This document shows positions 1 through 11,500 of a stretch of 32,000 bases of DNA, one piece after another. Each line of letters starts with the position of its first letter. Position 1 is the first letter of the stretch. The notes under the pieces are model-generated. The model was given only the letters and a program-made list of their open reading frames with translations, searched no databases and had not been told where the DNA came from. Made by a program: the position numbers and the translations under genes. Source of the DNA: Methanocaldococcus jannaschii DSM 2661 (lineage in GTDB: Archaea > AGJL01 > Methanococci > Methanococcales > Methanocaldococcaceae); contig NC_000909.1 in assembly GCF_000091665.1 (NCBI RefSeq), positions 1,342,117 to 1,374,116 on the forward strand. Reading direction: 5' to 3'.

Positions 1-1
1 A

Positions 2-1684
2 TCTTCAACAATAGAAAGTATAACTGGATATATTGTAATTAACAACACTGGGACTACAATAAATGATACTTTATACGATGTTTGGGTGGCAGTTAATATA
101 TCCAACAACATAACTGGACCAGAAGTTTATGTAAATGGAACTCCAAAAGGGGTTTTTATTGAGAGTTCAGCTCCTGCATATACAAACTTACCAAATGCAA
201 ACACATACATACACATCCCAATACTACCAAATAACAGCTATGTTATAATTAAATTTGCTATAGATAAATCAATAACTGGAGTTCCATTGATAATCAACGA
301 AACATATAGTGATACTAAAATTCCATCAGAAAGATTATCAAATTGGAGTGTCTATTTAAACATAAGCAGAAATGTTTCAGCACTACCGGCAACAGATACA
401 CCAGTTTCTGTTATTATGACAAAATATCTAAGTAACGACCCAAATAATTATGGAAGTGACACTTGGAATTTCTTAAATATAACAGGTGCTATAGCCAACG
501 AAGGTTCAATAACACTCTGGGATGGTCCTTACTTCTTACCAGGATACAACGATTCATTAACCTGGACAGGAGTCGTAATAAATACTACTAAAAATGCAAC
601 CATTACAATCAACATAACAGGAAACAACACTTACACAAATAGAACAGGAACCTTAATGAAATATGGTTTTGCTGTTATCTTCTTTGAATTCAATGGAACT
701 AAATCAGGAACAAAAATTGAAGGGATTTATGCAACAGGATATGGTGGAGTAAGTGCAACCAAGGAAGGACCATTCTTAAATGCATCAAGCGGTAAGTATG
801 AAATATGGTACGAAAGTGCTAATGTATCAAACAAGGCATCAAGTTACTACTTTAACTTAACTCATGTGACAATATGGGCTGTAAATGGTAGTAATCCAGT
901 AATATTAGACCCATTTAATATAACATTATTAATCCCTAATTCAAAACAGACGTCCTCACCTAATGAAATATTATCTCCAGGAAGCGTTTGGAGTTCAACT
1001 AAATATGCCTTCACATTTGATGGAATTCCAGTTGTCTGGGCAAACTGTACATTTAAGGTAGCAGACGAGAACATAACATTAATAAATAGAAGTATTAATG
1101 AATACTCAACAAAGTACGGAAGTTCCTATGTTGTTGTTGAGGAGATTTATGTTGTGGGTAGTTATTTGATTAAGGTGACTAAGCATATTGTTCCGGATGC
1201 GGATGGGACTTATGATATTTATATAGTTGTGGAGAATATTGGTAGTGTGAAGACTCCTGAGTATGTGTATGTTTATGATTTGATTCCTAAGAACTTCACC
1301 GTCTCAGATGAGTGGGTTAATCAATCAAGTATGTTGATTGCTGAAGGAAATCACACCATTACAACAAATCCAAGGTATAATTTAAGCATGTGGTGGGCGT
1401 TACATGCAATATATCCAGGAGCAGATGGGGACGGTAACTGGAACGACACTGCTGAAATACTTGCAAATAAAACAGTAGTCATACACTACAAACTAAACGG
1501 AACTGGCGAATTCTACCCAAGCGACGCATTTATCGTTGGTATCGACCCTACAAACTCACTACTACCAACAACCTCACCAAAAATAACAACAGTAGCCGGA
1601 ACAGTAGAAAACAACTCAGAACCATTCCTTGCATTATTGACCCTACTTGTAGGGTTGGGAATCATAATAAGAAGGGTAATGTAA
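2..1684 (+). CDS. Secreted/surface adhesin-like protein, 5' partial, Asn/Thr/Ser-rich, DUF11-like domain and C-terminal TM anchor
   Basis: Frame is open from base 2 (SSTIESITGYIVINNTG...) into the listed ORF. Many N-x-S/T sequons. C-terminus ...NNSEPFLALLTLLVGLGIIIRRVM is a hydrophobic helix plus basic tail. Paralogous to the next CDS. Confidence 0.85.
   Translation, partial: SSTIESITGYIVINNTGTTINDTLYDVWVAVNISNNITGPEVYVNGTPKGVFIESSAPAYTNLPNANTYIHIPILPNNSYVIIKFAIDKSITGVPLIINETYSDTKIPSERLSNWSVYLNISRNVSALPATDTPVSVIMTKYLSNDPNNYGSDTWNFLNITGAIANEGSITLWDGPYFLPGYNDSLTWTGVVINTTKNATITINITGNNTYTNRTGTLMKYGFAVIFFEFNGTKSGTKIEGIYATGYGGVSATKEGPFLNASSGKYEIWYESANVSNKASSYYFNLTHVTIWAVNGSNPVILDPFNITLLIPNSKQTSSPNEILSPGSVWSSTKYAFTFDGIPVVWANCTFKVADENITLINRSINEYSTKYGSSYVVVEEIYVVGSYLIKVTKHIVPDADGTYDIYIVVENIGSVKTPEYVYVYDLIPKNFTVSDEWVNQSSMLIAEGNHTITTNPRYNLSMWWALHAIYPGADGDGNWNDTAEILANKTVVIHYKLNGTGEFYPSDAFIVGIDPTNSLLPTTSPKITTVAGTVENNSEPFLALLTLLVGLGIIIRRVM
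1118..1616 (+). repeat. Direct repeat copy 1, 499 bp, identical by eye to 4156-4654 (offset 3038)
   Basis: Read base by base: ggaagttcctatgttgttgttgag...gtagaaaacaact. Confidence 0.92.
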
Positions 1685-1782
1685 AACTAATTTTCTTTAT
1701 TTTTTATAATTCTTTTTCTAAATTCAAATATGATTTTTGACATTAAGTTAATTTTATCGATATTATATGGGTGATGTGGGGC

Positions 1783-4734
1783 ATGCCAAATATAAAATTA
1801 AAATTCATATATTTATGTATTTTACTGTTCGTATTTATGGCATCAATGTTAAACAGTGTTTCTGGATTAAAAACAATATTCTACGATGATTTTGAAAATT
1901 GGAGTGGGTGGTATAACTACAGTAGTGGGGCTGTAGAGCAATCTTCTAATTATGCACATTCAGGAATATATTCCCTTAGAAAGTTTCTAAATGATGACCC
2001 AAATGGTGGATACAAACTAATTGGGAAGGAAATTGGAAGGGATATTGTAATGGAAGGTTGGATTTATAGACCTTTGCCATATGTTAGCGGAAGATGGGAT
2101 AGAATAGGTATTGAGGACGAGAATTTCAACGGATACTCTATAAGAATAGAGCACGACTATAACAAAATTGCAATAGAAACTCGAGAAAATGGTATTGCTG
2201 TAAATACTTTAGTAATAACTAACTGGAATCCTCCAGAAAATCAGTGGTATTATTTTAAGTTTTATATCTACTCAAATGGAACTTTAAGATTAGAAGTTTA
2301 TTATGAGAATGGTTCATTAGGAGCTACTGTCTCAGCAATAGATAACATCTATACTAAGTTCGATAGAGTTGTTGTGCATGGAGGACAAGATTACTATGTT
2401 GATGATTTGAGGATTTCAGATTTATATCCTCCACTAAGGGTAAGATATATTGAAGAGTACAACGCAACTGCTACTGTGGATGGAACAGGAAAAACAAACT
2501 ATTCCTATGGTTTAACGGGACATATCATTATTGAAAATACTGCCCCTTATAAAGAAGATACTTTAAACGATGTGTGGGTAGCAGTGGATATAAAAAATAA
2601 TGCAAGTGGTTTGAGATTAGTTTATAATGGAACTCCAAAAGGGGTTTTTATTGAGAGTTCTGCTCCTGCTTATACAAACTTACCAAATGCAAACACATAC
2701 ATACACATCCCAATACTACCAAATAACAGCTATGTGGAATATGAGTTTGATATCGATGCATCTCAAACCCTACCAATATTAGTAAATGAAACTTACGATG
2801 TTACAAAAATACCAGCAAATAAAATGTCAGAATGGACTGTAAATTTAATTGTATATTTAAACAAAAATCTCGTTCCTAATGGAGAAAATGTCAATGTTAA
2901 TGTTATAAAATATCTAAGTAATGGGCAGTTTTATGATAACTTTGAAAATTGGACTGGTTGGAATCAGTATAAGAACGGGATAGTTCAATGGTCATCTATT
3001 CAATCTCATTCTGGAAATTACTCTTTAGAAAAATATGGGATTTCAACAAGTTTAAACAACGATCCAAATGGAGGGTACAAATTACTTCCAAAAGAAATTG
3101 GAAGGGATGTAGTTATAAGTGGATGGGTATATAGACCGAGCAACTGGGGAGGAGGCCCTATAGACAGGATTGGTTTGGAGGATGAGAATTTTGATGGATA
3201 TTCATTTGAGGTAAATCACTACAGTAATTACATATCAATTGATAGAAGAACTAATGGAAATCCTACAGAAATTAGTCCTGAAGTTTATTGGAATCCTCCA
3301 GAGGATGAATGGTATTACTTCGAACTAAAAATTTATTCAAATGGAACAATAACATTCTCAACTTATTATCAAAATGGTTCCTTAGCCGCAACTGTCTCAA
3401 CAATAGACAATACCTATACAAAGTTTGATAGGGTTGTTATTCATGGAGGTTATGTTTATTATGTTGATGATTTGGAAGTGAATTCAAAAAACTTCGACTT
3501 TTATGGAGATAAAAACTGGAAGTATCTTGAAATAACATCTGCAAATTCAAGTGAAGGAACAGCAGTTTTATTTGATGGGGACTATTTCAAAAAAGATTAC
3601 AATACCTCAAATCTAAATGCAATAAATTGGACAAATATTACCTTAAATTGGAGTAATGATAGTGCAACTTTGGTATTTAATGTATTGGGAAATTATTCAT
3701 ATAGTGAAAGGGATAATATTTTAGCAAAGTATGGATTTGCTAAAATACTATTTAATTACAATGGGACCAATACAAACACATCTATAAAAGGTGTTTATGC
3801 ATCTGGAAGTTATAGTATTTCAACAGATCATGGAACTACGGGAGAAATAAACATTTGGATAGAAAATGTAACATTTAAAAATGATGCAAAATCATATTCC
3901 TTTAATTTAACGAATCTTAATATATGGGCAGTAAATAAATCTGCTTATGAGTTGTATTGGAATCCATTTAACAAATCTATCTGGATAGATGGGAGTAATT
4001 ACACTATAACTCCAAATATTGACATACCTCCAGGAGAAGTATGGAACTCTAAAACCTACAACTTCACATTTAGTGGAGTTCCAATCGTTTGGGCAAACTG
4101 CTCATTTACACTGTCAAAAAAAGATTATATCCTTTTAAATGAAGTAAGTCAAATAGGAAGTTCCTATGTTGTTGTTGAGGAGATTTATGTTGTGGGTAGT
4201 TATTTGATTAAGGTGACTAAGCATATTGTTCCGGATGCGGATGGGACTTATGATATTTATATAGTTGTGGAGAATATTGGTAGTGTGAAGACTCCTGAGT
4301 ATGTGTATGTTTATGATTTGATTCCTAAGAACTTCACCGTCTCAGATGAGTGGGTTAATCAATCAAGTATGTTGATTGCTGAAGGAAATCACACCATTAC
4401 AACAAATCCAAGGTATAATTTAAGCATGTGGTGGGCGTTACATGCAATATATCCAGGAGCAGATGGGGACGGTAACTGGAACGACACTGCTGAAATACTT
4501 GCAAATAAAACAGTAGTCATACACTACAAACTAAACGGAACTGGCGAATTCTACCCAAGCGACGCATTTATCGTTGGTATCGACCCTACAAACTCACTAC
4601 TACCAACAACCTCACCAAAAATAACAACAGTAGCCGGAACAGTAGAAAACAACTTTGAGATATTTTTAATACTGATAAACGTTATCTTTGGATTAGGTAT
4701 ATTAACAAAGAGGAATATAAGGAATAATAAATAA
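1783..4734 (+). CDS. Large secreted/surface protein, paralog of the upstream CDS, with two internal lectin/LamG-like (concanavalin-like) domains
   Basis: Long ORF listed from GTG 1771. ATG 1783 preceded by GGTGAT (1770-1775) is the better start. N-terminal hydrophobic signal sequence FIYLCILLFVFMASMLNSVSG. C-terminal TM. Confidence 0.85.
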   Translation: MPNIKLKFIYLCILLFVFMASMLNSVSGLKTIFYDDFENWSGWYNYSSGAVEQSSNYAHSGIYSLRKFLNDDPNGGYKLIGKEIGRDIVMEGWIYRPLPYVSGRWDRIGIEDENFNGYSIRIEHDYNKIAIETRENGIAVNTLVITNWNPPENQWYYFKFYIYSNGTLRLEVYYENGSLGATVSAIDNIYTKFDRVVVHGGQDYYVDDLRISDLYPPLRVRYIEEYNATATVDGTGKTNYSYGLTGHIIIENTAPYKEDTLNDVWVAVDIKNNASGLRLVYNGTPKGVFIESSAPAYTNLPNANTYIHIPILPNNSYVEYEFDIDASQTLPILVNETYDVTKIPANKMSEWTVNLIVYLNKNLVPNGENVNVNVIKYLSNGQFYDNFENWTGWNQYKNGIVQWSSIQSHSGNYSLEKYGISTSLNNDPNGGYKLLPKEIGRDVVISGWVYRPSNWGGGPIDRIGLEDENFDGYSFEVNHYSNYISIDRRTNGNPTEISPEVYWNPPEDEWYYFELKIYSNGTITFSTYYQNGSLAATVSTIDNTYTKFDRVVIHGGYVYYVDDLEVNSKNFDFYGDKNWKYLEITSANSSEGTAVLFDGDYFKKDYNTSNLNAINWTNITLNWSNDSATLVFNVLGNYSYSERDNILAKYGFAKILFNYNGTNTNTSIKGVYASGSYSISTDHGTTGEINIWIENVTFKNDAKSYSFNLTNLNIWAVNKSAYELYWNPFNKSIWIDGSNYTITPNIDIPPGEVWNSKTYNFTFSGVPIVWANCSFTLSKKDYILLNEVSQIGSSYVVVEEIYVVGSYLIKVTKHIVPDADGTYDIYIVVENIGSVKTPEYVYVYDLIPKNFTVSDEWVNQSSMLIAEGNHTITTNPRYNLSMWWALHAIYPGADGDGNWNDTAEILANKTVVIHYKLNGTGEFYPSDAFIVGIDPTNSLLPTTSPKITTVAGTVENNFEIFLILINVIFGLGILTKRNIRNNK
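4156..4654 (+). repeat. Direct repeat copy 2, 499 bp, identical by eye to 1118-1616
   Basis: Same block at constant offset 3038. Encodes the DUF11-like and C-terminal region just before the TM anchor. Confidence 0.92.
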
Positions 4735-4743
4735 AGTTGGGGG

Positions 4744-5453
4744 ATGATGATGAAGAGATTTGCATTACTCTTTATTTTCCTTGCATTTATAACACCAACT
4801 TTTGCAGATGTTGAGGAAATAACAAACTATAATATGACCGTTGATTTAACAAAAAATCCTGCACATATAACAAATGTTATAACTATTCAAAATCTTGTTA
4901 AGTATCCTCTTGTTCCAGGAATTGGGGAGTTAAGATTACAAAAAGAAGAGTCAAAGAAAATACTGATTATTCCAATACCATTTACAAAAGAAAAAAACCT
5001 GTAAAGATTGAGAATTTAAGGGGTTATTATATAATTGGGGATAAAAAATATCCAATGGATGTAAATGTCTCTTATAAAGATACCTATTCAGTTATAACAT
5101 ATCAAGTATGGGAGCCAATAGATGGTGGAAAAAATATAACTCTAATAATTGAATATGATGCTGATATTGTTGATAATGGAATATTGTTTAAAACTGTCTC
5201 AATTCCTATTGGAGGGGATTTGAATATAAAAAACTTCCATATAAACTTTGTCTCTCCTTATTATCTAACCTACCAAGAACCAGATGGAAATAATTTCCAA
5301 ATCCCTAAAAAAACTTTGCTTATTATAAATGCTGAGTTTTCAATATTGCCATTACCGAAACTTCCAGTTCATGGATATGTGGTGTTTTGGTTAAGCATAT
5401 TGTGTATATTAATAATAATATTTGTCTATACTGAGTTGAGAAGAAAAAAATAA
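4744..5453 (+). CDS. Predicted surface/membrane protein encoded in two overlapping frames joined by a -1 shift at A_AAA_AAC (4991-4997); alternatively a frameshifted gene
   Basis: Frame 1 ORF 4744-5004 has a signal peptide and ends TKEKNL*. The -1 frame stays open across the break (...KKPVKIENLRGYYIIGDKKYPMDVNVSYKDTYS...) to 5453 and ends in a TM helix plus LRRKK. Confidence 0.7.
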
Positions 5454-5585
5454 AGAAAATAAGGAAGATAAGAAGAATAAAAACTAATAATCTCAATAAT
5501 TGTCTAATATTTGTTCTATAAATTTTATATACTACCTATACATTACTTTACTTTTGAACAGTGTTAAAAATTTCAATGGGATAAT

Positions 5586-8500
5586 ATGAAATCCTATTTA
5601 AAGAATATTTCAATATTTGTATTCACTATTTTATTGCTTTCAAACGTGAGTTTAGGTTTAAATGTATCAACAACAAACAACAACAGTAATTTTGAATTAA
5701 ATAATTCATTGATATATAAGTTAAACAATTCCTTAACAAACACCACTAATAATAGTGGTAGCATAATAATCAATAATACAACAGATACAAACAAAGAAAA
5801 AAATGAGTGTTATTTAAACATTACTATTAATGGTTATAGAGTTATAGTAAAAACTAATGGAGAAGTTTTTGGATTTGCAAATAAAACGCCCTTAAAGTTT
5901 ATCAAAATAGGTGATAACGAATATATAATCTCTCCAATAGTTTTAAATGTTCCAATAGAAATTTACTCAAAATTCAATGATAAAATATTACATAGAACAG
6001 TTATTTTAAATTACACAAAACCAGAAAAAGAAAAAAAAGAAACAAACATAAAAAAAGAAGAATTACATTATCTAAATGTCTCATTCAACAATTTTAAGTT
6101 GATTGTTAAAACAAATGGGAAACCCTATGCTAAATATTTAGACCTCAATATAAAAGTTAAGACTAAAAAAATAAAAAAACATGAATACTTGGTATATCCT
6201 CTAATTCTAAATAAAACAATCATTATTTATGCAAAATTCAAAAATGAGACATTGAATAGAACAATATTTTTAAATTACTCTATCGAGGAAAATACGACAA
6301 CGAATAAAACCGTTATATTGAAAAACGTTTATTTCCCATCAGAAAAAATAGTTATAAAAACAAATTTTAAGCCACATACTGCATATATTGTAACCCCTAA
6401 CAATAAAATAATACATCTAAAAGTTCATAAAAAAGGGAAGTTTTATATCTTATCCACAAAACTAAAAAAGAATGTTATATTAGGAAATTACTCAGTAGTT
6501 GTTGATGGGATTAAAAAAACCTTTGCTGTAGATTATTACAAAATTAATGCAAAATTGATAGATAATAGATTTATCGTTGGAAACGTATCCTACTATGTTA
6601 AAGAACCGAAGTTTATAACTTGCATTGTAGATAAAAAAGAAATTAATATTTCACTAATAAATGGGGCCTTTGAAATTCCTTTAGATTATTTAATACCCAA
6701 GTTAAATATCTCAAAACCAGAAAAAATTAAAAAAATAATTTTAATTTGTGGAAATGCAAAAGAAAAGATAAAAGTTAAATTCAAAAATAAAGAAGAAATT
6801 AAAAAGCTAATTTCCTATGACCCAGTCAATAAGGAGATAATTATTAAACTTGAAGGTAGTGAAAAAGAGATTAAGAAGTTATTGAAAAGATACGAAAAAA
6901 GAAAAAAATACAAGATTTCAAAAATAGTAAAGATTTACAATTATAGTATTGTAGAAATCAAACTTAAAGCAGATAAAGAAATTCTAAAAGATTACAACTT
7001 ACCTGAAAATATTCTAAATACAACTGAGATAGTGAAAAAAATAAGCAGTAATAAAATTAGAGTTGAAGTTAATAATAAAGTAGATGGGGTTTGGTATAGA
7101 TTCAGCTGTAAGATTCCAAAAGGTTATAGGGTTAAAGAAATTGTTGGAGATGATGGAAGAGTAATAAGAAATAACATTTCAATAAATAGATTAACAGGAG
7201 AGGTTATTGGAGAAGTAAGATGGTATATTGAAAATAACACACTATACTTCTACGACGATCCTATTTATGGATATGATATATCTTTAATTCCTCCAGCTCC
7301 AAATCATTCAATAGCTGTTGAATTATCTTATAATGGGCAAGATTATGGTGGTTGTGGGCAGATTTCAGCAATTGTCTTTCCATATAATAAGGAGGATGAT
7401 GAAACTACCGTGGCTACTTATGACCATGCAGGGAGGACTGGAGATTACAATTATGCAAATAATATTGATGCTTACGCTGGTTCAAAAATAGCGATAAAAT
7501 ATACAAGTGGAGCATTAACAAGACAGTATGGGGTTTTAGGAACTGCAGGTAGTTTGGGATGGTGGACATATTATTACCTATCTGAAATAAATAGGACAGA
7601 TATTCCTTTAAATACCGTTCCAAATGGGATTTTAGAGAGTGTAATTATAACAGATATGTATGCTCCTTGGAATAATAATGAGCTAAATATTACTCAAAAG
7701 GTTATTATTAGAGGAAATAATAAATGGTTTGCTACCATATACTACATAAAAAATCCAACCACAAAAACATATACAAATTTAAAGTTTTTCCAAGGGATGG
7801 ATTGGAATTTTAGAGGAAGCTGGTGGGGAGATGATGCATACTATAATAGTATTGATGATGTTGTGTATGGCTACGATTCTAACGCACCTGTTGGGGATAT
7901 ACAATACGGAGGTTTTAAATCAAATATCCCAAGTTACGAACATGATGTTAATTTGTACTGGAGTACGTGGTCTGATATTAGATATGATAATTTAAATAAT
8001 GATTCATCATATGAGGGTGATGCAGGGACAGCATTAGCATGGACTAAAGATTCATTAAAACCTGGCGAAATTTGGGTAGTGCCAATAATTTGGGGGTTAG
8101 GTTATAACTATACAGACATGATGAACGAAATAAATATGGGTTTAAGCCAGTTATATGATACTGGAGTTAAAAGTATAGATTACCCAAACAATGGAGACAG
8201 CTTTAACCCAAATATTGGCCCAATAATATACATAAATTCAACAATTGCCTTATATGGATTGGTAGATGCATACAACTTGAATGTGTCAATTAATATAACA
8301 CAGATAAATGGAACTTATATTTATACAAACTCAACTTTAATAAACCTCTCAGTTCCTTATGAAGAAGAAAAACTCGTGAGCTTTCCAGTAAACATCTCAA
8401 ATATGCCTTATGGAGCCTACAATATAACAATAAAGACAAATCTTCCAAATGACCAGAATACATCAAACGATGAAAAAAGCATTATAATCTATATAACATC

Positions 8501-11500
8501 ATTTTCAGTCCAACCAAATTATCAGGAAAAGACTGGAAATGTTGGAGAAGAGATATTTTACAATATAACATTATATAACTTTGGAGTTGGAGGAAGATTT
8601 GATATAAATATAACCTACTTAACGAAAGGATGGACAACGAAAATATACAACAACTCCATTTTAATAGCTGAAGATGCCAATGGGGATGGAATCTGGGATT
8701 ATATAAACCCAAATTATGATTTAAACTCAAATAATTTGCCAGATATCTATGTGCCAACTGGAGAGATAAATTTAACTGTCTCAAAGACAATTCCTTCAAC
8801 AGCCCCATTAGGAGAGATTGATACAACTACATTAAAATTTGTTAATATAAATAATCCATCAATATTTGGAAAAACAACATTCCAGACATCAACACCATAT
8901 CCTCCTTCAGTTCAAAAAACTTTCTATTTACATGGAGATACTTTAAGAACTCTAAATACTTCAATACCTACAACAATTAACAACTACACAACAATTAATA
9001 GCAATTCATTAGCTTCATGGATACAATATCCAAGATTCGCAGACAACTTTACAGTTGTAGGAAAAATTCCAATTTTGCTTTATATAAATGACCCAAACGT
9101 TATATTTGGAACTGAAATGCATAAAATTGTTGTTTCGTTAATGGCCACAAATGGAATTGATTCCTTTACTTTAGGAAGTGATGTTGAGTATCTATACTTA
9201 GATGATACTATAAAATCTTACATTTTCAATATAACCTTAGATTCAATAATTACAATACCCAAAAACTACTATTTGGTTTTGAGAGTGGAAAATCAAATAT
9301 CTTCTAACTCAATAAACATCTATCATAATTCAACATATCCATCCAATATAACGCTAAACACTACGACTTATGTTAATGTTTATAACATATTTTCAGATAA
9401 AAACGTTTATCTTCCAAATGAAAATGTTACAATATTTGCAAATATTACAGACCCTATTGGTTCTTACGATATAAGCGGGGCAAATATAACTGTGTATTAT
9501 CCAAACGGTAGTGTATATATCAACTCTTCAATGCTACTACAGGAAATAGATAAAAACTCCCCATCACTTTGGAAGCTCTATAATTACTCATTTAGCCTCC
9601 CAGAGTCAGGAAAATATCTTATTACAATAACTGGAATCGAATCTAATGGTGTAATTTCGAAGAAAAACTATACCATATACTGCGGATATGAAATTCAGGG
9701 CTATGTAAAAGAGGACTTTGGAACCCTTGGAAAAGAAGATAGTGAAGATAAAGGAATTTATGGGGTTAATGTATCTCTACTTGAAGACAGCAATAATGAT
9801 GGTATTCCAGATATTGGAGATACCATAGTAAATTCAACAACAACAGATATTTTTGGTCATTATTCCTTCTTAGTTTATAACTCCTCAAAAACTTACTTTG
9901 TGGTAGTGAATTCAAGAACTGTAGGAACTACAAGAGGTTTAAACCCTCAATATAGCAAAAATGACATCTGGGCTGAAGAAACATATCAAACAGTATATAC
10001 TCCAATAAACTCTTCTCAATGGATTGCCAACGGAAATGCTTCAATATTCCCAGATAAGCTTCTATTAACAACAGATGATTATGGTGAAGCAGGTAGTGTT
10101 TGGTATTACAAGCCGGTTAATCTATCTGAGGATTTGGTTGTTGAGTTTTATGCGTATTTGGGAGACAATCCTGATGGAGCAGATGGTATAACCTTTACCT
10201 TGCAATCGTTGGGAACTAACGAATTAGGTGGAACTGGAGGAGATTTGGGTTATGGTGGAATTTCTCCGAGTGTAGCGGTTGAAGTTGATACTTGGCTCAA
10301 CGATTTTGATGCTCCAGCAACAACCGACCATATTGCAATAGATGTTAACGGCAACATAAACCACACTTACAACTCCTTAACTTACCCAACACCAAACCCT
10401 TACGATTTAGGTAATGTTGAGGATGGAAGAGAACACTTAATAAAAATCGTATGGAATGCAACAACAAAAACACTCCAAGTATATTTCGATGGCAATTTAT
10501 CATTAACATGGAATAAGGATATAACCCAAATTATAGGAAACTCAGCTTACTTCGGATTCACAGGAGGAACGGGAGGAGCAAAAAATCTCCAGTATGTTAA
10601 GCCAATATACGTAAAAAATGGGGATGGGTATATAATAAATCCAACTTATGGAGTAGTTGAGATGTTTGGAGGAAGAGACCCTAATGAAGAAGATAATTGG
10701 GAAGATGGAAAATATGAACACTACTGTTTGATAAATCTAAATTCATATAGTGGGAAAAATATAACATTTGGATTCAGCTTTGATGTAATAACAAATACGA
10801 AATCTACGGGGCAGGGTAGTTTTTCCCAATTTATAAAAAATGCAAATGCAATTTATGGGAAAGATGAGAGTTATTTCAGAATACCAAATATCGACGCAAA
10901 GAATGGAAATCACTACATTTATACAAGTGGAAATAAAATATTAGACAATTTGACTATTGTCAATGGTTCAACTCAGATTAATGGAACCATCATTTTATCA
11001 GGATTACAATGGATAGCTAACGGTAACGCATACATAAATAATTCAAATAATCTAACTTTGATACTAACGCCTGATGACTACAACCAAAAAGGTAGTGTTT
11101 GGTATTACAAGCCGGTTAATCTATCTGAGGATTTGGTTGTTGAGTTTTATGCGTATTTGGGAGACAATCCTGATGGAGCAGATGGTATAACCTTTACCTT
11201 GCAATCGTTGGGGACTAACGAATTAGGTGGAACTGGAGGAGATTTGGGTTATGGTGGAATTTCTCCGAGTGTAGCGGTGGAGGTTGATACTTGGCTTAAC
11301 GATTTTGACAGCCCAGCAACAACCGACCATATTGCAATAGATGTTGATGGGAACTTAAATCACACTTACAACTCCTTAACTTACTCAACACCAAACCCAT
11401 ACGATTTAGGTAATGTTGAGGATGGAAGAGAACACTTAATAAAAATCGTATGGAATGCAACAACAAAAACACTCCAAGTATATTTCGATGGCAATTTAGC

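Noticed and set aside
862-1074. Minus-strand 70-aa ORF inside the first surface-protein CDS
   Set aside because: It is fully contained within an opposite-strand CDS with strong paralogy support and is likely spurious.
1771-1782. GTG 1771 as the start of the 987-aa ORF
   Set aside because: GGTGAT at 1770-1775 looks like the ribosome-binding site for ATG 1783, so the first codons are probably not translated.
9400-9680. Separate enzyme domain within the giant protein
   Set aside because: The sequence reads as Ig/fn3-like beta repeats with no catalytic motif.
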